DNA of 64,000 nucleotides from an uncultured Gammaproteobacteria bacterium (GTDB taxonomy: Bacteria; Patescibacteriota; Microgenomatia; UBA12405; JAHJSD01): positions 137,328-201,327 of the forward strand of contig CAYRYE010000001.1 of assembly GCA_964428655.1 (NCBI GenBank), written 5' to 3'. Positions within the stretch are counted from its first letter, which is position 1. Each line of letters opens with the position of its first letter. Shown one piece after another: positions 58,683 through 64,000 of the stretch. Under the pieces are notes generated by a model. The model was not told where the DNA came from and did not search any database. It saw only the letters and a program-made list of their open reading frames with translations. The translations under genes and the position numbers were made by a program.

Positions 58683-60164
58683 ATGACAAAAAAACTTGCA
58701 AAGAAATCGAACACTTTTTTTTCAAGGCCGCCAGTAGTGGCAGTGGTTGGCCATATCGATCATGGCAAAACTACTCTTCTTGATAAGATAAGAGAATCAC
58801 AAATCGCCCCAAGAGAAGCAGGGGGAATTACTCAACATATTGGCGCTTCGCAAATAACGATTAAAACTAAAGACAATAAAGAACGAAAAATTACCTTTAT
58901 TGATACTCCTGGCCACGCTATTTTTACCAAGATGAGAGCCAGAGGGGTTAATACTACCGATTTAGTTATTTTAGTAGTGGCGGCTGACAGCGGAGTTCAA
59001 GAGCAAACCAAGGAAAGCCTTGATCATATTAAAGCAGCCAAAGTATCCTTTCTGGTGGCTATTAATAAGATTGATTTGCCAACGGCCAACCTAGAGAAAA
59101 TTAAGGCTCAGTTAGCAGAAAATGAGGTTATTCCCGAGGATTACGGTGGGGATATAGTCGTTGTTCCTGTTTCAGCAAAAACCGGGCAGGGTATAGATAA
59201 TCTTTTAGAAATGGTGCTTCTGATGGCTGATCTTCAAGAACTGAAAGCAGACCCTACTGGTGAGTTAGGTGGAGTAATTATTGAATCAACCTTGGATTCA
59301 AGACGAGGGCCGCTGGCAACAGTTCTTATAAAGGGCGGCACTCTTAAAACAGGTGATAGTATCTTTGCCGAATCAATTAAAGCCAAGGTTAAAGCAATGA
59401 GAAATTGGTTGGGAAAATCAGTCAGAGAGGCTGTTCCTAGTGATCCAGTCGAAATCTTAGGTTTTAAACAGGTTCCACTGGTGGGAGCTTCAGTGGCCAA
59501 AGAGCCAAAAGAGTTCAAAAGGGAGAAAATTAAGACTATTGACCAGAAAGAGTGCACATTAAAGTTAGTGGTAAAAACTGACGTTGGAGGTAGTCTTGAG
59601 GCACTTTTAGCCAGCCTACCAAATGGAGTCGAAGTGATTCATTCTGGCGTTGGGGAAATTACTGATGGCGACGTATTTTTAGCCCAGACAGGAAGGGCAG
59701 ATATTTTTGGTTTTAATGTAAAAATCGCTTCAGCTGCCAAAAGAGTTGCTAGTCAAAGCGGTGTTAAGGTCTTTCAGGCAAAGATAATCTATGAAGTTTT
59801 GGAGGAAATTGAGAAAAGAATTGAAAAGAAATTAGATCCCTTAAGCGAAAAAGAAATTTTGGGTAAAGCAGAAATTGTTGCTGAATTTAAAATTGATGGA
59901 AAGAGAATTGCTGGTTGTCGGACTACCGAAGGTAAGATTTTTCGCGACGGAAAGGCTCTCTTAATGAGAGGTGAAGAGGTCATTGGTGAAACAGTTGTTG
60001 TTTCAATGAAACATCTTAAAGAAGATATTAAAAAATCAGAGGAGAATCAGGAATTTGGGGCTGTTTTCTCACCACCGCTTGACTTCATTAAGGGAGATGT
60101 TATAATATCCTATAACCATGCAGAATCAAACGCAAGAGAGCAATCGCTTTCAAAAAATCAATAG
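58683..60164 (+). CDS. infB: Translation initiation factor IF-2 (short form without N-terminal domain)
   Basis: RPPVV...GHIDHGKTTLLD, EAGGITQHIGA, DTPGH, NKID, SAKTG. Confidence 0.97.
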   Translation: MTKKLAKKSNTFFSRPPVVAVVGHIDHGKTTLLDKIRESQIAPREAGGITQHIGASQITIKTKDNKERKITFIDTPGHAIFTKMRARGVNTTDLVILVVAADSGVQEQTKESLDHIKAAKVSFLVAINKIDLPTANLEKIKAQLAENEVIPEDYGGDIVVVPVSAKTGQGIDNLLEMVLLMADLQELKADPTGELGGVIIESTLDSRRGPLATVLIKGGTLKTGDSIFAESIKAKVKAMRNWLGKSVREAVPSDPVEILGFKQVPLVGASVAKEPKEFKREKIKTIDQKECTLKLVVKTDVGGSLEALLASLPNGVEVIHSGVGEITDGDVFLAQTGRADIFGFNVKIASAAKRVASQSGVKVFQAKIIYEVLEEIEKRIEKKLDPLSEKEILGKAEIVAEFKIDGKRIAGCRTTEGKIFRDGKALLMRGEEVIGETVVVSMKHLKEDIKKSEENQEFGAVFSPPLDFIKGDVIISYNHAESNAREQSLSKNQ

Positions 60165-60966
60165 CCTCATTTTAAACAATGAGGATTTCTTAGTGGTGAC
60201 TGACGGCTCTAGTTTTGATTCGGTGGCGTCTGCTACCAGTTTGACCCTGTTGCTTAAATCTTTGGGTAAAAGGGTAACTCTATATTCTCCTAAACCAGTA
60301 AATGCCGCCAATCTTTCCCCTTTAAAAGGGCTTGATAATTTTGTAAATAGGCTGGAGAATAGCAATAACAAGTTGTTAATTACTTTTAATTGTCCGTTGG
60401 CTGATATCGAACGGGTTTCTTCTAGTGACGAGAACGAGAAGCTCAGCCTATCAGTTGAGTTTAAGAAAAATAGTCAAGTTGTTGACGTTTCTCAAGTTAA
60501 AGTAAAGCCAGCTGGTCCAAGTTATTCAGCCGGCTTCTTTATTGGGATTGATTTAGACAACGAGACGGAATTAGCTAGCAAGGGAAGATGGGTTTGGGTT
60601 GCTCAAGCGGGAGCACAAAAGCCCTGGGCAGAAGTTAATGTTATTGAAAAAAAGGCGACTTTGTCCGAATCCATAACCAGTTTTATAAGCCGAAGCGGTT
60701 TTGAAATTCCTATCGAGGTTGCTGATAATCTGTATTGGGGAATTAAAAAAGGGACTAATAATTTTGAGATTGCTGATTCCATTGCTTTGGAAACAGCTGC
60801 CTATTGCTTAAGAGTTAAAGAAGAGGTTGAGAAAAAATTTCAATCTGGGGGGGGAAAAATTCCTCAGGCGCCACTTGAAGCAATAGAAGCTAAGGAAAGT
60901 GGTATTGCCTCGAGTGAGTGGCAAAAGCCGCCCATTTTCACAAGTCCAACCACATCAAAATTGTGA
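60118..60966 (+). CDS. Hypothetical protein, degenerate DHH/NrnA-like
   Basis: N-terminal 'FLVVT...SFDSVASA..L..LL..LGK.V' and later 'SE.I.......I..EVA..LY.GI...T..F' resemble DHH phosphoesterase; DHH motif absent. Confidence 0.55.
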   Translation: MQNQTQESNRFQKINSLILNNEDFLVVTDGSSFDSVASATSLTLLLKSLGKRVTLYSPKPVNAANLSPLKGLDNFVNRLENSNNKLLITFNCPLADIERVSSSDENEKLSLSVEFKKNSQVVDVSQVKVKPAGPSYSAGFFIGIDLDNETELASKGRWVWVAQAGAQKPWAEVNVIEKKATLSESITSFISRSGFEIPIEVADNLYWGIKKGTNNFEIADSIALETAAYCLRVKEEVEKKFQSGGGKIPQAPLEAIEAKESGIASSEWQKPPIFTSPTTSKL

Positions 60967-61026
60967 TACAATAATTCCTTGTATTTAACTTGATCCTGGA
61001 TTATCATATTAATATATTGTTTGGCT

Positions 61027-61296
61027 ATGCCTTTGACAAAAGAAGAAAAAGCTAAGATAATTAAGAAATTTACCCAAGCAGAAGGTGATACTGGTTCTCC
61101 TGAAATACAAGTGGCCTTACTGACAGCAGAGATTGTTAAGATTCGTGAGCACTTGAAAGAACATAAACATGATGTTCCGGCTAAGAGATCTCTTTTAACT
61201 AAGATAGCGAAGAGAAGAAGATTATTGCGTTATTTGTCTTCTTACAACTTTGATCGGTATCAGGCTTTAATCAAGGTTTTGGGACTAAAGAAATAA
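61027..61296 (+). CDS. rpsO: 30S ribosomal protein S15
   Basis: DTGSPEIQVALLT..I, HL..H.HD, KRRRLLRYL. Confidence 0.97.
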   Translation: MPLTKEEKAKIIKKFTQAEGDTGSPEIQVALLTAEIVKIREHLKEHKHDVPAKRSLLTKIAKRRRLLRYLSSYNFDRYQALIKVLGLKK

Positions 61297-63443
61297 TGTC
61301 TGGAAAAATAATAAAGAAGATTCTTATTGGAGGAAGAGAGCTGAATTTGGAAATTGGTGATTTAGCTACCCAGGCTAATGCGACGGTTTTGGCTAGGTAC
61401 GGAGAAACAGTGGTTTTAGCTACTGTTGTTTCTACCAAGCCTAGAGATGATTTAGACTATTTTCCCTTGCAAGTTGAATATATCGAGAGGCTTTATGCCG
61501 GCGGTAAGATTAAAGGAAGCCGTTGGGTTAAACGGGAAGGCAGGCCTTCAGAAAAGGCAGTTTTGACAGCTCGATTAGTGGACCGATCAATTAGACCCCT
61601 TTTCCCCGCAGAATTCAAAAATGAAACCCAGGTAATTTTAACTGTTCTTTCAGTTGATCATGAAAACGACCCCATTGTTTTAGCTGGTATTGCCGCTTCA
61701 ACAGCGCTTCATATTTCAGATGTTCCCTGGCAAGGACCAGTGAGTTTTATTCGGGTTGGTTTTTGTGATGGCAAATATGTTATCAATCCCACTAATGGAG
61801 AAAGTGAAGCATCAGAATTGGATTTAATAGTAAGTTATGGCAAGGACGGCGTGGTTATGCTGGAGGGAAAAGCAAAACAGCTGCCGGAAGATAAGTTCTT
61901 CGGAGCGATTGAGTTTGTCCAAGACGAGTCTGAAAGGATTGTCAATTTTATTGAAGAATTAAGGAGGGAAATTGGCAAACCCAAGTTAAGCTTTTCTTTG
62001 TTTAATCCAAAGGCAGTAAAAAAAGTAAAAGATTTGGCTAAAGATAAAATCAAGCAATTAGTTAGTCAGTTGGGTGAGGCAGAAGTTTTTAAAGAACTTG
62101 ATGCCATTATTGAGGAAATAAAAGAGGCTACCGAGGGAATAGGAGTTAATTTAATCAAAGAAGCAGTGGCCAAGTTATTTAAAGAACAATTTAGAAAGAA
62201 AATACTGGAAAACAAGAGAATGGATGGAAGGAAGCTTGATCAGGTTAGGCCTTTGAGAATTGAGGTTGGTGTTTTACCAAGAACTCATGGTTCGGCTATT
62301 TTTCAGAGAGGGGAAACTCAGGTTCTGACAGTAACCACTTTGGGCCCCCTTTCCTTGAAGCAATTAATTGAAAGCCCGGAAGGAGAAGAATCAAAAAAAT
62401 ATATGCATCATTATTTTATGCCCCCGTACTCTGTTGGTCAAACGGGAAGAATTGGCTCACCAAGAAGAAGGGAAATAGGTCACGGTGCTTTGGCGGAAAA
62501 AGCGCTATTATTCGTAGTTCCTTTGGAAGAGAAATTTCCCTACGCTATTCGTTTAGTTTCTGAAATTCTTTCTTCCAATGGTTCAACTTCAATGGCTGGT
62601 GTTTGCGGCTCAACTCTTTCTTTAATGGATGCCGGTGTGCCGATTGTCAATCCTGTTGCCGGTATTTCAGTTGGTCTTGTCAAGGAAAAAGAAAAATTTG
62701 TTTTTCTGACAGATATTGCCGGTTTGGAAGATGTTAATGGTGATATGGATTTCAAGCTGGCAGGAACAAAAAAAGGGATCACTGTGGTTCAAGTTGATAT
62801 TAAACTTAGCGGTTTACCATTATCACTAGTTAAAGAGGCAATTTCTAGAGCCAGAAAGGCAAGATTAGAAATTTTGGAAGAAATGTTAAAAGTCATTGCT
62901 AAACCTCGAGCCAAAGTTTCTCCACATGCGCCTAAAGTGGTTATGCTGCAAATACCAGTTGAGAGTATTGGCAGTTTAATTGGTCCTGGAGGAAAAACAA
63001 TAAAAGGGTTAATAGAAGAAACAGGATGTTTAATTGATGTTGAGGATGATGGTAAAGTAAGCATTACTGGCTCAACTGAAGAATCTGCTGCCAAAGCGTC
63101 TGAGAAGATTGATGGCTTAACCAGAGAGGTAGAGGCTGGTGAAGAATTTGTTGGTACGGTTAAAAGGGTGGAATCATTTGGCGCTTTTGTAGAATTTTTG
63201 CCGGGTAGGGAGGGCATGATTCATGTTTCCAAGATAGGTACAGGTTTTATCAAAGATGTAACCGAGGTTTTAAAAGTTGGTCAAGAAGTTAAAGTTAAAC
63301 TTGATGAAGTTGATGAACGTGGTCGCAACAATCTTTCTCTAATTGAACCGAAAATACAGGGAACAGCACAACCTTCTAGGCCTCCCAGACCACAGCGTTT
63401 TTTTCCAGATAGGAACAAGAGGAGTAGATTTCCATCTTATTGA
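61296..63443 (+). CDS. pnp: Polyribonucleotide nucleotidyltransferase
   Basis: DYFPL.V.Y.E..YA.G.I.G, RREIGHGALA, SNGSTSM, GDMDFK.AGT, KH and S1 domains. Confidence 0.98.
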   Translation: MSGKIIKKILIGGRELNLEIGDLATQANATVLARYGETVVLATVVSTKPRDDLDYFPLQVEYIERLYAGGKIKGSRWVKREGRPSEKAVLTARLVDRSIRPLFPAEFKNETQVILTVLSVDHENDPIVLAGIAASTALHISDVPWQGPVSFIRVGFCDGKYVINPTNGESEASELDLIVSYGKDGVVMLEGKAKQLPEDKFFGAIEFVQDESERIVNFIEELRREIGKPKLSFSLFNPKAVKKVKDLAKDKIKQLVSQLGEAEVFKELDAIIEEIKEATEGIGVNLIKEAVAKLFKEQFRKKILENKRMDGRKLDQVRPLRIEVGVLPRTHGSAIFQRGETQVLTVTTLGPLSLKQLIESPEGEESKKYMHHYFMPPYSVGQTGRIGSPRRREIGHGALAEKALLFVVPLEEKFPYAIRLVSEILSSNGSTSMAGVCGSTLSLMDAGVPIVNPVAGISVGLVKEKEKFVFLTDIAGLEDVNGDMDFKLAGTKKGITVVQVDIKLSGLPLSLVKEAISRARKARLEILEEMLKVIAKPRAKVSPHAPKVVMLQIPVESIGSLIGPGGKTIKGLIEETGCLIDVEDDGKVSITGSTEESAAKASEKIDGLTREVEAGEEFVGTVKRVESFGAFVEFLPGREGMIHVSKIGTGFIKDVTEVLKVGQEVKVKLDEVDERGRNNLSLIEPKIQGTAQPSRPPRPQRFFPDRNKRSRFPSY

Positions 63444-63477
63444 ACCCTTTGATCTTCTTAGGTAGAATGGTAGAGAT

Positions 63478-64000
63478 ATGGATAAAAAGAAGGTTCAAAT
63501 GGCTTCAGACAAAGATCAGCTTGAGAAATTAGAGGAAAAGATAAAAGGAGCAGGTCTGCCGCCTGAATTAGTTGAGAAAGTAGAGGAAGAGGTCAATCGA
63601 CTCCGATTAGCTAAAGAAGGTTCTTGGTTTTGGCAGGGAATGCAGAGTTTGTGGCATTGGGTCAATTGGATTGTTTCTTTGCCTTGGCAGAATCAAAGCA
63701 AAGATGTTCTTGATCTTGGGCAGGCCAAAGAAGTTCTTGACGAAAACCATCATGGTTTGGATCAGATAAAAGAGAGGATCTTAGAATATATTTCAGTTTT
63801 AACTTTGCAGGAACAAAGAGAGGGTAAGTTAACTCACGCTCCGGTTTTATGCTTTGTTGGTTTAGTGGGAACAGGAAAGACAACTATTGCTAAATCAATC
63901 GCTAAAGCTCTGGAAAGAAAGTTTATTAGAATTCCTTTTGGCGGCTTGGGTGATCCTTTATATTTAAGAGGTCAATCTCGACTTCATCCGGAAGCAGAAC
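63478..64000 (+). CDS. lon: Lon-family AAA+ protein lacking N-terminal domain (runs off window end)
   Basis: Translation MDKKKVQM...LPW.....LDL..AK.VLDE.HHGLDQIKERILEY....PVLCFVGLVGTGKTTIAKSIA.AL.RKF.RI..GG. Confidence 0.88.
   Translation, partial: MDKKKVQMASDKDQLEKLEEKIKGAGLPPELVEKVEEEVNRLRLAKEGSWFWQGMQSLWHWVNWIVSLPWQNQSKDVLDLGQAKEVLDENHHGLDQIKERILEYISVLTLQEQREGKLTHAPVLCFVGLVGTGKTTIAKSIAKALERKFIRIPFGGLGDPLYLRGQSRLHPEAE

Noticed and set aside
54176-63883. Numerous short antisense/overlapping ORFs within dnaK, nusA, infB, pnp and lon
   Set aside because: Shadow ORFs of well-supported genes with no independent signals.

Overview
AT-rich, gene-dense chromosomal segment of a small-genome bacterium. 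Gene content points to Patescibacteria/CPR, probably Microgenomates (inference): many GT-C glycosyltransferases, DUF2298, PT-rich surface proteins, short IF2, N-terminally truncated Lon and frequent leaderless-type starts. The genetic code is standard (TGA used as stop). It carries gap, a P-type ATPase, a DUF134/NifB-NifX/ferredoxin-ATPase operon, 4 tRNAs, a large cell-surface glycosylation region (GT-C, GT2, GT4, MraY/WecA-like, MurJ, UbiA-type PRPP transferase, DUF2298), PilN/PilO-like genes with PT-rich surface proteins, two UvrD-family helicases, rmuC, hrcA-grpE-dnaK-dnaJ with CIRCE, and nusA-infB-rpsO-pnp-lon. No integrase, transposase, reverse transcriptase or CRISPR array was recognised. 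The main unexplained signal is a two-tier set of tiny insertions inside protein-coding genes. The first tier is 7-, 8- and 10-bp tandem repeats of different unit sequence, concentrated in the glycosylation genes. The second is GC-rich 24-41 bp hairpin elements; one 36-bp copy sits exactly inside an octamer array and another appears to frameshift a gene. Also notable: a 96-bp duplication of the rmuC 3' end bracketing a Cys-rich orphan, a DUF72 remnant, and compact bidirectional -10 promoters.
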